34,628 bases of DNA, from assembly GCA_003696645.1 (NCBI GenBank), contig RFGN01000738.1, positions 1-34,628 of the forward strand. Reading direction: 5' to 3'. The stretch comes from Gammaproteobacteria bacterium. Its GTDB lineage: Bacteria; Pseudomonadota; Gammaproteobacteria; J025. The stretch's first letter is position 1. Each line of letters begins with the position of its first letter. The translations under genes and the position numbers were made by a program. The notes beneath the pieces are model-generated. The model did no database searches and was not told where the DNA came from. It saw only the letters and a list, made by a program, of their open reading frames with translations. Shown one piece after another: positions 1 to 8,640 of the stretch.

Positions 1-286
1 CAGCGCACGCCCCGGCGGAAGGCGGAGTTCAGGGCTCGGCAGCGACCGGTCCCGCGGAAGCCGTCCCTGCCGCCTCAGACCGGAAAAGCGTGAAGTTGAT
101 CAACCCCAAAGGAACCCAATCCATGACCAAGTAAATCACACAACCTGACAATACCTCACCAATCATGAATGTTATGTGCACTGCCACTGTTGCCTGTCCA
201 TGGCAAGGCGACACGATGTATGAATGAAAAACAGAATGTGGCAGACAGCCTGCAATCAACGGCAGGGCGTGATGATCTTCTCGCGG

Positions 287-2530
287 CTAATGGGCGGGAC
301 GCCCCCCTTTCAACGGGACGGTATCGGAAGGCATTCCGAAAATATTCGATGTCGCACCGGGGACGTGCGGCACGGGCTTCACCGTCAAGTCAGGGATATC
401 ACTCGAATCTGCTATCACGATTGTCTCACCGGCTTTAAGATCGATTTCGAAGATACCGCCTGAACGTGGTGTGATATCGAACCGTCGCGCTCCCTCAACC
501 TGAACAGGTTGCTTGAGGTCGGTCATGATCAGGCAGCGTTCGCCGGCCTCGCTGGTGATACGAATCCATTGAGTTATGCCATCCGCACGTGAAGCACTGA
601 CAAGAAATGCCCCTTCTGCACGCAGGTTGTGGAAAACCACATCATCCCAGGCTTTGGGCGTAGCTATGAATACTTTAATCACACTCTGCATTACAGGCGA
701 TCTATTGGGATCGGTGTGGCTTTGCAGCAGCATGTCGTGGATCGACTCGGTCGCGGCCAAGGGCGTTTCGATGACCGGCCCGTTTTCTTTGTACATCGTG
801 TTGGGTTGGATGTAATCCTTGAGTTGATTGAGCAGGTCAAGGGCCCGATCACCGTCGTGGAAAAACCGTGAGTACATGCAGGAAGCGGCCAGAAAGGTGT
901 AACCTTGCAGTTCGTCATCCAGACTCAACCAGTGTTCGATCGAACGTTTCGCCAGCTCTCTTTCTTCTTCGATCTCGGGTTGCAGAAGCCCAAGTGGGAA
1001 GATTGAAAATAGATGAGAAAAATGGCGATGGCTCTTATCAAAGGGTGTATCTCGGCCGACTCGTAAACCGGATTCATCCACGGGAGGGGGCGTGAGATGT
1101 TCGAGGACGTCCCGCCAGTCAGGTATACGCTCGTCCTCAATTCCTAAGCGTTCGGCAAGAGACAACAGGGTGGCACATCCCCATCGAAGCAGGGCCAAAT
1201 CGTAGTTGGCGTCGCGTGTGGTTCCCTGGCCATATTCCGGCGAGTGGGTGGGGAGCAGGTGGATGGTGCCGTCGTCTTCACGTTCCATCAAGTAGAAGTA
1301 GAAGTTCACCGCTCCGCGCAGCATGGGATAGAGCCGATCCCGCAGCATGTCCTGATCCATGCAACAGCGATAATGACGGAAGTAGTTATGGCAGACCCAA
1401 GTCAAGTTGCCGGTCTCCCATCCGGCTGAAGTTCGGGAATTCAGGTCAACACATGAGGATGCCCGGCCAATCCCCAGCGCGTCCCGACGACAGAGATCGG
1501 GCACATTCATCCGCAGTGTGGCGATGCTGTCATCCAACTTGGTATACAGCGATTCACCGAGATCACCGCGATTGGAGGTAAGCAACGGCCAATAGCTCAG
1601 CTGTACGTTCAGGTTCCAGACGCACGTCGGCCAAGGTGTGCTGGTCAGCCATGGCCCCTGAGAATCAATTAAAGCACGATCGCTCCTGGTAGCGGAAGCG
1701 ATCTTGTACATCTGGATCCAGTAGAAACTTTCCCAATATGGATCGCTGATTGAGACAAAGCTCCTCGGAAAATAGTCGTGCCACCAGGCGCGGTGCGATT
1801 CAATCCATCCGTCCACATCCTTGGCGGCTATATCCCGAACCGTCTGTATGGCGTGTGACGCAGCCCCCTTACGAGGCCAGCTGTTTGCAACGGTCGCCCA
1901 TAGTCGTCGGGTGCCGTCACCGTCGCGCTGTTCGGTCCATGCGGTGGCATAGTCACCGCCTGCCAACAAATCCTGAACCGCACAATGAATGCCCCCTTCA
2001 CATGAAACCACCGGTTCGGGCGGCGTGTGGGCTTTCAGCCATTCCCGGGATACGTGAACGGGCTCGTAAAATTCCAGACAGGGAGAAACCCCGTGCTTGG
2101 GCCGGAAGGAAAGATCAGCGTCGATTTCCTCCCCCTCGGCACGGACTTCAATGAGTAATCCCATGTCGACAGAATGGATCAGGGAACGCCAGCGGATCAC
2201 TCCACGGTCAGTGACGATTTCGCCACGAGCTTCCGCGTTCCAAAGGTCCAAGCGCATCTGCTCTTGCCGAACGTTACCCACCGGGCTGAGAAGAAAGTCT
2301 CCGATAGGCAGACGCGGGTCCGCCCAGTCGAACATGGGAATCTGGAAATGGGCGGTGACATCACTTCGGCCCATCTCCCAGCGCAAGGACCCGGATGCGT
2401 CCTTGTAGATCATGGCCCCCAGCATGCCGTTTCCAAGGAAGGCACCCTGTTCCCACTGTTCACCAATGTCTGTCCAAGTCAGGTCGTGTCGGGCGAGGAA
2501 GGCCGGCCAATCTATGTTGCAAACGATCAC
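287..2530 (-). CDS. GH95-like six-hairpin glycoside hydrolase (alpha-L-fucosidase/alpha-L-galactosidase type), probably cytoplasmic
   Basis: 747-aa ORF with an ATG start. The N-terminal block GAFLGNGMLGAMIYKD resembles the conserved GNGxLGAM block near the N-terminus of GH95 enzymes. The length is typical of GH95 (about 750-800 aa). There is no hydrophobic leader. The family call is from motif memory, not a search. Confidence 0.6.
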   Translation of the reverse strand: MIVCNIDWPAFLARHDLTWTDIGEQWEQGAFLGNGMLGAMIYKDASGSLRWEMGRSDVTAHFQIPMFDWADPRLPIGDFLLSPVGNVRQEQMRLDLWNAEARGEIVTDRGVIRWRSLIHSVDMGLLIEVRAEGEEIDADLSFRPKHGVSPCLEFYEPVHVSREWLKAHTPPEPVVSCEGGIHCAVQDLLAGGDYATAWTEQRDGDGTRRLWATVANSWPRKGAASHAIQTVRDIAAKDVDGWIESHRAWWHDYFPRSFVSISDPYWESFYWIQMYKIASATRSDRALIDSQGPWLTSTPWPTCVWNLNVQLSYWPLLTSNRGDLGESLYTKLDDSIATLRMNVPDLCRRDALGIGRASSCVDLNSRTSAGWETGNLTWVCHNYFRHYRCCMDQDMLRDRLYPMLRGAVNFYFYLMEREDDGTIHLLPTHSPEYGQGTTRDANYDLALLRWGCATLLSLAERLGIEDERIPDWRDVLEHLTPPPVDESGLRVGRDTPFDKSHRHFSHLFSIFPLGLLQPEIEEERELAKRSIEHWLSLDDELQGYTFLAASCMYSRFFHDGDRALDLLNQLKDYIQPNTMYKENGPVIETPLAATESIHDMLLQSHTDPNRSPVMQSVIKVFIATPKAWDDVVFHNLRAEGAFLVSASRADGITQWIRITSEAGERCLIMTDLKQPVQVEGARRFDITPRSGGIFEIDLKAGETIVIADSSDIPDLTVKPVPHVPGATSNIFGMPSDTVPLKGGRPAH

Positions 2531-2595
2531 GTGTCACTACTTTCTGACAATTAACGCAGGTTCATCCGACCCGGGCAAAGGGTCAGTGCGTATCA

Positions 2596-4827
2596 TTAAT
2601 CTTCCGGCACCGGGTGAGGCGACTGACCGGGAGGATACAAGCCTATTTTATCGAACGGGATAATCTCAAAGCCGGGAATCTGCTCGTAAACCGAGCTGTT
2701 TTCTTTCAATTGAAAATTCAGATTATCCGGGTCCACGAACTGGGAATAGTCGCCCTGAACGATGTAATTGCGGTCAGTGTGTGTATAAACTTTTCCGCCT
2801 CCATAGACATCCATGATCCAAGGGTACCTTGTTCGATAAGGCGGCTTGGAGACATCGACATCCTCAAACAACCGTCGATGTCCAAGGGACGTGTCGGTCG
2901 GGTCGGGGTTCTGTTTGTGCATGAATTCGTAGATCAACTCGGTGTTGCCGTATTTAGCCTTTGGCCCGCCCCTGCCACCGCTTCCCTGGAGTTGCAGCAA
3001 TGGCGGACAGTCGATGACGATGTTATTCACGATATGTGAACCACCGCCCCGGAAAAACTTCACCACTCCTGTGCTGCCTGCCTTATAGAATACGTTCCCC
3101 CATATGGTGGCGGTATTCAATGAGCAGTCGTCGAAGAAGATAGCCTGAACGCCATGGCTCTTCTCATGTTGGTTGTAGATGTCATGGAAAAAGTTGTAGC
3201 GGATGATTGATCCGGTTTCGCTTGGGTTGCGTCCGGCATAGATGGCGCCCTGGTCGGACATATTTTTCAGAACGTGATCAATCTCATTGAATTCGATGAG
3301 ATGATCATTGCCATACATCAGAATTGCCTGACCATCACAATCGTAGAGATGGCAATTACGGATGACATTCCCAACGCCCGTAATCAGAACCGGTGGTTTG
3401 TATTTCTTGTCCCAACGGTTGACACGGGAGATGTCACAGTTTTCCACGACATTGTTGCCGGGAACCAGAGTCCTGCGGTCACCACCACCCAACAGGATAC
3501 CCCCGGCACCGGTGTCGTAAATCGTGCAATCAATGATGGTGTGATGGGTACCAGCCAGACGGTTCCATGCGGTGTGCAAGTAGCCATAGTTTGCCTTGGC
3601 CCCGTAGATTCGGGGGGCGGGGACAGATTGAAAGTCCGGCATGCCATGGGTGTACATCCCGCCGGGTGGACTGGTAGCGCCCTGCCCCATCTGAACCGCC
3701 AAGATCCCCAGGTTGCGGAACAGGCAACCACGAATCGTGTTGCCCGTACCACGTTCCATGTAGATGCCCGTGCCACGAGCGTTTTCAAATACCAGACCCT
3801 CAATACACAGATGGGATGCGTTCTCAATGGCGAACAGGGGTTCTTCCGTCAGCGAGACCTGAATCAATGCGTCGGAAGGATTCACCCCGTCGGGCGGGAA
3901 AAAGTACAGGCGGCCGGCCTCACGATCAATGTAATACTCGCCGGGCTGATCCATCTCGACCAACAGATTCAGTGCCCGCCAACGGGTAAAATCTCTGCGC
4001 ACAAATCCGTACAGGTGAGGTAGAGCCGTCTTTATTGTGCCGTTTTCCAGATCCAGTTTTTCAACAGGTAAAAGGTCATCAGCAAAGCCGTTGTTGAAGT
4101 GGCCTTCGATATACCACTCTTTCTCGTCTTTCCATCGTTTGGCCCGATCCACTTCATATTCAAACACCGCGCCCCGATTACTGGTATCACCAAAACGAGG
4201 CACGCTGCCCTTGTCGATGACCTTGCCCATGAGGATCCCAGGCTCGTTGTCGTTCGGCCAGCGTGATAGCTTCATAGGCTGACCATTGACAAACAGCTCC
4301 AGCGGTGCAGGCCAAACGCCACGCGCAAAACCCCGTGGCCCGATACGGCCGAAATCCGAGATGCCCAGTGCATGAAGGTCAATCACCCTGATCCTATCCC
4401 GAACATCCGGAGCGAGGTATTTAAGTACCTCGGATTCAGCTTCTGCACTACTCACATGAGCCGGATCGATAATCATGCCGCCGTCTATGACACTTTGATG
4501 TGCTTTCGACGCCCGGTAAATAACCGGATGCTCCGGGGAGCCGGAATCTCGTTCGTCCAACTCAAATGTGTGATCCAGAAAATAACGGCCGGGCATCAAT
4601 GTCACGATCACGGTTTCCTTGCCCGCATACTGCCGGGCAAGATCCCGCGCCGCTTCGAGTGTACGCAGAGGTTGATCCTTCGTGCCCGGAGAAGCATCGG
4701 ACCCCGTCGGCGAGATATAAATCTCGTAGCCATACGTGACATTGGGACAAGAAAGACAACATATCGTCACTAAAACACCCAACCATCGACCAATCTCCCG
4801 ACCCACAGGCGTGCTTATTGCCCACAT
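2596..4827 (-). CDS. Secreted right-handed parallel beta-helix repeat protein (pectate-lyase fold; putative polysaccharide lyase/hydrolase)
   Basis: 743-aa ORF with a hydrophobic leader (WLGVLVTICCLSCPNVTYG). The mature start YISPTGSDASPGTKDQPLRTLEAARDLAR is typical of beta-helix enzymes. PbH1-like repeats are present: GNTIRGCLFRNLGILAVQM, HHTIIDCTIYDTGAGGILLGG, NNVVENCDISRVN and GNVIRNCHLYDCDGQAILMYG. It is paralogous to 12808..15219, sharing the LSRWPN/LARWPN block and the C-terminal DPxxLNFxLK...IPGF...DKxGLY block. Confidence 0.75.
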   Translation of the reverse strand: MWAISTPVGREIGRWLGVLVTICCLSCPNVTYGYEIYISPTGSDASPGTKDQPLRTLEAARDLARQYAGKETVIVTLMPGRYFLDHTFELDERDSGSPEHPVIYRASKAHQSVIDGGMIIDPAHVSSAEAESEVLKYLAPDVRDRIRVIDLHALGISDFGRIGPRGFARGVWPAPLELFVNGQPMKLSRWPNDNEPGILMGKVIDKGSVPRFGDTSNRGAVFEYEVDRAKRWKDEKEWYIEGHFNNGFADDLLPVEKLDLENGTIKTALPHLYGFVRRDFTRWRALNLLVEMDQPGEYYIDREAGRLYFFPPDGVNPSDALIQVSLTEEPLFAIENASHLCIEGLVFENARGTGIYMERGTGNTIRGCLFRNLGILAVQMGQGATSPPGGMYTHGMPDFQSVPAPRIYGAKANYGYLHTAWNRLAGTHHTIIDCTIYDTGAGGILLGGGDRRTLVPGNNVVENCDISRVNRWDKKYKPPVLITGVGNVIRNCHLYDCDGQAILMYGNDHLIEFNEIDHVLKNMSDQGAIYAGRNPSETGSIIRYNFFHDIYNQHEKSHGVQAIFFDDCSLNTATIWGNVFYKAGSTGVVKFFRGGGSHIVNNIVIDCPPLLQLQGSGGRGGPKAKYGNTELIYEFMHKQNPDPTDTSLGHRRLFEDVDVSKPPYRTRYPWIMDVYGGGKVYTHTDRNYIVQGDYSQFVDPDNLNFQLKENSSVYEQIPGFEIIPFDKIGLYPPGQSPHPVPED

Positions 4828-4916
4828 GATGATGCCCCAATCTCGCTATGGTTTGCTGATGAACCTGCCTTCCGGTTGACAGCCCCGGGGATGACCCTAA
4901 ACCAGCAATGCAGGAA

Positions 4917-4938
4917 GTTAAATATATATAAATTTAAC
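4917..4938. promoter_or_regulatory. Near-perfect 22-nt palindrome GTTAAATATATATAAATTTAAC (GTTAAAT-N8-ATTTAAC)
   Basis: Read directly from the sequence. Only one symmetric mismatch pair is present. It lies about 90 bp upstream of the beta-helix gene start at 4827. It belongs to the GTTAA..TTAAC motif family seen in other spacers. Confidence 0.4.
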
Positions 4939-4992
4939 CTATTTTAATCCCACTTTAACAATGGGCCGCCCAACGGTCAATCCCCTAATAAG

Positions 4993-5018
4993 AAAAAAAG
5001 TCGCCGCGAAGGGCTGAC
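4993..5018 (-). terminator. Orphan intrinsic-terminator-like hairpin plus U7 tract on the minus strand
   Basis: The minus-strand RNA would read GUC(A)GCC-CUUCGC-GGCGAC followed by UUUUUUUCUU. On the plus strand the stem spans 5000-5018 and the A7 run spans 4993-4999. No annotated minus-strand gene lies upstream of it. Confidence 0.4.
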
Positions 5019-5207
5019 TCCCGCAAATAATTAACACACATGCTTTTACAGGACTTTATACCTCCATAGGCCATCGAAAGCCACATTGAACCGGATTTCA
5101 CAGAAGGCCTACTGGGATCACCGACCGCAAGTTTCATACGTACCCTTGGCAGACATGAAAAACAACCCCTAAACCAGCCCTTCTTCCCCCAAGACCTTAA
5201 TGATCGA

Positions 5208-5227
5208 CTGCTTAACTAGTTAAGCAG
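5208..5227. promoter_or_regulatory. Perfect 20-bp palindrome CTGCTTAACTAGTTAAGCAG (candidate operator)
   Basis: Read directly: CTGCTTAACT is the exact reverse complement of AGTTAAGCAG. It sits in the 540-bp divergent spacer between the beta-helix gene and GH2, about 140-400 bp upstream of the possible GH2 starts. Confidence 0.45.
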
Positions 5228-5367
5228 CCACATGCCGCGCTCGTTCTTAGCTATTTAACATTAGAAAATCTGGATAATAATATCACACTATTTCCCTAAT
5301 AATCTATTTTGCATGGCATTACAGTATTTACGCAAATGGGTTAATTTCACTACCATTTCACCATTCT

Positions 5368-8300
5368 TTGGATTATACTTACGGGAGTAGTGGCGTTCCA
5401 AGGAGCCACGCGAGTGCATACCCGCCTAAGAGGTCTGCTGTGAAGCCCAACAGCCGAAAGAAGAATGATCAGTACGCGGATATTGCGGCGCAGCCGGAGG
5501 TCTATCGTTCAGACAATCTGTTTACTCCGGAACCGCTACCGCTGCCGGACAGAGTACTCCCCCTAACCTACGAGGCCTCCACCGCGCCGACACTGCCCGA
5601 CAAGATGGAAACCGTGGAGGCGTTCGAGAAAGCCTTGCAAGAATACGAGGAGCGTTACCGCCCTTTTTTGCAAGACCTGGCGCCTGAGCTTCCGCCGTTA
5701 CGTAAACGGGTCTATCTCAAGCAGTTCGAGTACCTGCGTGACGGGCATGGGTTGAATCATGAAAATGAGGATGCGGCGTGGGAGACGGTCACTATCCCGC
5801 ATTACGGCGGTCCGGTCGGCCGTCACACGTCGTGGTATCGCACCCGGTTCCAAGTTGATGCCGAAGACCTGGAATCGGGTCGGGCTGTCATGATCCGATT
5901 CAAGGGCGTGGACTATCGCGCCCATGTTTTTGTCAACGATCAATACCTGGGATCACACGAAGGCTTTTTTGCCCCCTTCGGTTTCAACGCCGCCGCTTAT
6001 CTTCAGCCTGGAGAAAACCGGTTGTCGGTTCGGGTGGAAAACGAAGAAAAAGGTGAAAAGATCTACGCGGCGACCGGCCCGGGCTGGGATGAACCCGGCG
6101 TCGGCTGGCATCATTGCCCCCCCGGGATGGGGATCTTTCAGGATGTGTATGTTGACATCTGTGACCCGATCCATATCCACGACGTGTTCGTGCGTCCCCT
6201 ACCCCAACACAACAAAGCCGAGGTCTGGCTTGAGGTTTCCAACCTTGGAACCTCTTCGCAAGCCATCTGGTTCGACCTTTCTGTGTACGGCCAGAACTTC
6301 GAAGCCACGATTATTGAGCACCAGCCATTCCATCCCACCGACACCTACACCGTGGGCGAGGGCGATAGCCTGCATGAAGCAAAGGCCTTGCGCGAAGGGG
6401 TTTTAGGTAATCACATACAACTGCAGGCAGAGCCCGGAATCAGTTACTACAAGTGCCAACTGGATCTGACAGGTTTCCGATACTGGACCCTCGAAGAACC
6501 GTGGCTGTACCAGTTACAGGTTAGGTTGCTGGGAGAAGACGGCCAGATCAAGGATGCGGTGGCCCAACAATTCGGGATGAGGTCTTTCGTCATGGACGAA
6601 GACTGCAATCCCAAGGGGGTATTCCGCCTCAATGGGAAACAGGTCCGCCTGCGTGGCGCCAACACCATGGGATACATGCAGCAGGATGTGATGCGGGGCG
6701 ATTACGATCAACTGATCCGAGACATCCTGATCGCCAAGCTGTGTAACCTCAACTTCCTTCGGCTCACCCAGCGTCCCGTTCAAAAGGAGATTTACGAATA
6801 CTGCGATCGCTTAGGCATCATGCTTCAGACCGATTTGCCCCTGTTCGGATCCCTGCGGCGATCCAAGCTGATGGAGGCGGTCAAGCAGGCTGGGGAGATG
6901 GAACGGCTGATCAGAAGCCACCCGTCCAACGTGTTGGTGTCCTATATCAACGAACCAACCCGCAACGGTGACAACGCACCGCACATCAATGTCGACCGAG
7001 AAACGCTGCATCGCTTTTTCGAGGCGGCGACCATCATGGTTCGTCACGAAAATCCGGACAGAGTCATCAAGCCGGCGGATGGGGATTATGACCCGCCGAT
7101 CCCGGGCTATCCCGATCGACACTGCTACACGTGCTGGTACAACGGGCAGGGCGTGGATTTCGGGAGACTCCACAAGGGGTATGGGCAACCGATCCAACCC
7201 GGTTGGTACTACGGGTGCGGAGAGTTTGGTGCTGAAGCGCTCGATCCGGCGGATCTGATGCGTCGACGTTATCCCCAAGCGTGGCTGCCGATAAACCGGG
7301 AAGACGAAGCCGAGTGGACGCCACACCGGATCCACATGGCTCAAACCGGCAACTTCTACGGTTTCTTCTACCAGAAACCTCGCTCTTTCCAGGAATGGAT
7401 CGATGCCAGTCGGTCGTGGCAGGCCTGGGCCATGAAGATGCAGATGTCGGCGTTCCGTCGTCAGCCGCTGCTGAACTCCACCGCCATTCACCTGCTGATC
7501 GACGCCTGGCCGGCAGGATGGATGAAGACCATCGTGGATTGTGAACGTCGGCCCAAACCCGCGTACTTCACCTACCGCGATGCTTTGACCCCACTGATGG
7601 TAAACTTGAGAACGGATCGGTTCTCCGGATACTCCGGTGATGTAATCCCGGTCGAAGTGTGGGTGTGCAATGATCGCGACGATCAACCTGACGGGTTGGA
7701 GTTGCACTACTGGGTTGAAGACGACGGCAAAGTGCTTGCACACGGCAACACGAAGGCGTCGATCGCTCGCTGTGGCCCCGAATGCCAGGGTGTGTTGAAT
7801 CTCAAACTACCGATTTTCAACAAGCGCCGTCCGGTAACCGTTCGAGTGGCCTTGTTTGATCCGTTCAAAGGTAGTTTCTGCCATCACGACAGCTGGACGA
7901 TCGAGGTCTATCCCAAACCGGAATCCATCCCGCACAGGCGGGCTTACGTGGCTGGGCGACCGGGAGAGACGGTGAGTTATCTCGCACACCTGAACTGGAT
8001 TAAACCCACCTCAACCCTCGGGCAGGACGAGTCGGCTCTGATCCTGATTGAAGATTACGAAGGATACGCGGCGGAACGAGAAGCCATTGATGCGGCCGTC
8101 CGTCAAGGGGCGTTGGCGTTGTTCCTTCGGCTTCCCGGTGGCGAGTACGGTATTGGTGATTCGCTGGTGGAAGTTCGGCCGAGCGCCATGAATCCCCTTC
8201 ATTTTGCAGACTGCAGCACAGGTCATCCCGTGGTTCAGAGTTTCAAAGCCAACGATTTCCGGTATTGGTACGATGAATCGAAGGACTACATCTGTCCGAT

Positions 8301-8583
8301 TATTGATAACACATTCACTTCGGACAGGTTTACCCCAATCCTCAGTTCGATCAACGTCGATCAGAATGCCGAATGGGGCCCGGCCATGGCCTGCGGAGAG
8401 ATGCCGTATGGATTAGGCCGATATGTTGTCTGTCAGGTCGATCTGGCGCACCGTCTTCTGACTAATCCGGCCGCGGCCAGGTTCACCAACAGGCTGTTGG
8501 GGGCAGCGGGACGTACGACACCGGCCATCGGTCACCCGGAAGTTACGATCACCGTCAAGACCGCTTCACAGCTCACACCGTAA
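5368..8583 (+). CDS. Glycoside hydrolase family 2 (beta-galactosidase/beta-mannosidase-like) with an extra C-terminal domain
   Basis: 1071-aa ORF. RFKGVDYRAHVFVNDQYLGSHEGFFAPFGFN matches the GH2 sugar-binding-domain signature. LVSYINEP supplies the NEP acid/base context and YGCGEFGAEAL the nucleophile Glu context. The start is uncertain. The ORF-track start at 5368 is TTG. In-frame alternatives are GTG at 5440 (preceded by AAGAGG) and ATG at 5605. No signal peptide is visible. Confidence 0.8.
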   Translation: MDYTYGSSGVPRSHASAYPPKRSAVKPNSRKKNDQYADIAAQPEVYRSDNLFTPEPLPLPDRVLPLTYEASTAPTLPDKMETVEAFEKALQEYEERYRPFLQDLAPELPPLRKRVYLKQFEYLRDGHGLNHENEDAAWETVTIPHYGGPVGRHTSWYRTRFQVDAEDLESGRAVMIRFKGVDYRAHVFVNDQYLGSHEGFFAPFGFNAAAYLQPGENRLSVRVENEEKGEKIYAATGPGWDEPGVGWHHCPPGMGIFQDVYVDICDPIHIHDVFVRPLPQHNKAEVWLEVSNLGTSSQAIWFDLSVYGQNFEATIIEHQPFHPTDTYTVGEGDSLHEAKALREGVLGNHIQLQAEPGISYYKCQLDLTGFRYWTLEEPWLYQLQVRLLGEDGQIKDAVAQQFGMRSFVMDEDCNPKGVFRLNGKQVRLRGANTMGYMQQDVMRGDYDQLIRDILIAKLCNLNFLRLTQRPVQKEIYEYCDRLGIMLQTDLPLFGSLRRSKLMEAVKQAGEMERLIRSHPSNVLVSYINEPTRNGDNAPHINVDRETLHRFFEAATIMVRHENPDRVIKPADGDYDPPIPGYPDRHCYTCWYNGQGVDFGRLHKGYGQPIQPGWYYGCGEFGAEALDPADLMRRRYPQAWLPINREDEAEWTPHRIHMAQTGNFYGFFYQKPRSFQEWIDASRSWQAWAMKMQMSAFRRQPLLNSTAIHLLIDAWPAGWMKTIVDCERRPKPAYFTYRDALTPLMVNLRTDRFSGYSGDVIPVEVWVCNDRDDQPDGLELHYWVEDDGKVLAHGNTKASIARCGPECQGVLNLKLPIFNKRRPVTVRVALFDPFKGSFCHHDSWTIEVYPKPESIPHRRAYVAGRPGETVSYLAHLNWIKPTSTLGQDESALILIEDYEGYAAEREAIDAAVRQGALALFLRLPGGEYGIGDSLVEVRPSAMNPLHFADCSTGHPVVQSFKANDFRYWYDESKDYICPIIDNTFTSDRFTPILSSINVDQNAEWGPAMACGEMPYGLGRYVVCQVDLAHRLLTNPAAARFTNRLLGAAGRTTPAIGHPEVTITVKTASQLTP

Positions 8584-8640
8584 AACGAGCCGTCCATCTA
8601 TGGAGCCGGGGCTTCTTTACTTTCATCACACGAGGCAATC

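Noticed and set aside
1-259. Possible gene fragments at the left edge. All three plus frames are open for about 90-150 nt; for example, one ends ...KLINPKGTQSMTK* at 132-134. There is also a 76-aa minus-strand ORF at 29..259.
   Set aside because: These are too short and too low in complexity to tell a real C-terminus from chance open frames in GC-rich DNA. The minus-strand ORF has an implausible Cys/His/Val-rich composition.
6811-7743. A 310-aa ORF on the minus strand, entirely inside the GH2 gene.
   Set aside because: It is antisense to a gene with clear GH2 motifs. The translation is Arg/Pro/Gly-rich and low in complexity, with no recognisable domain. This is a typical shadow ORF of GC-rich coding DNA.
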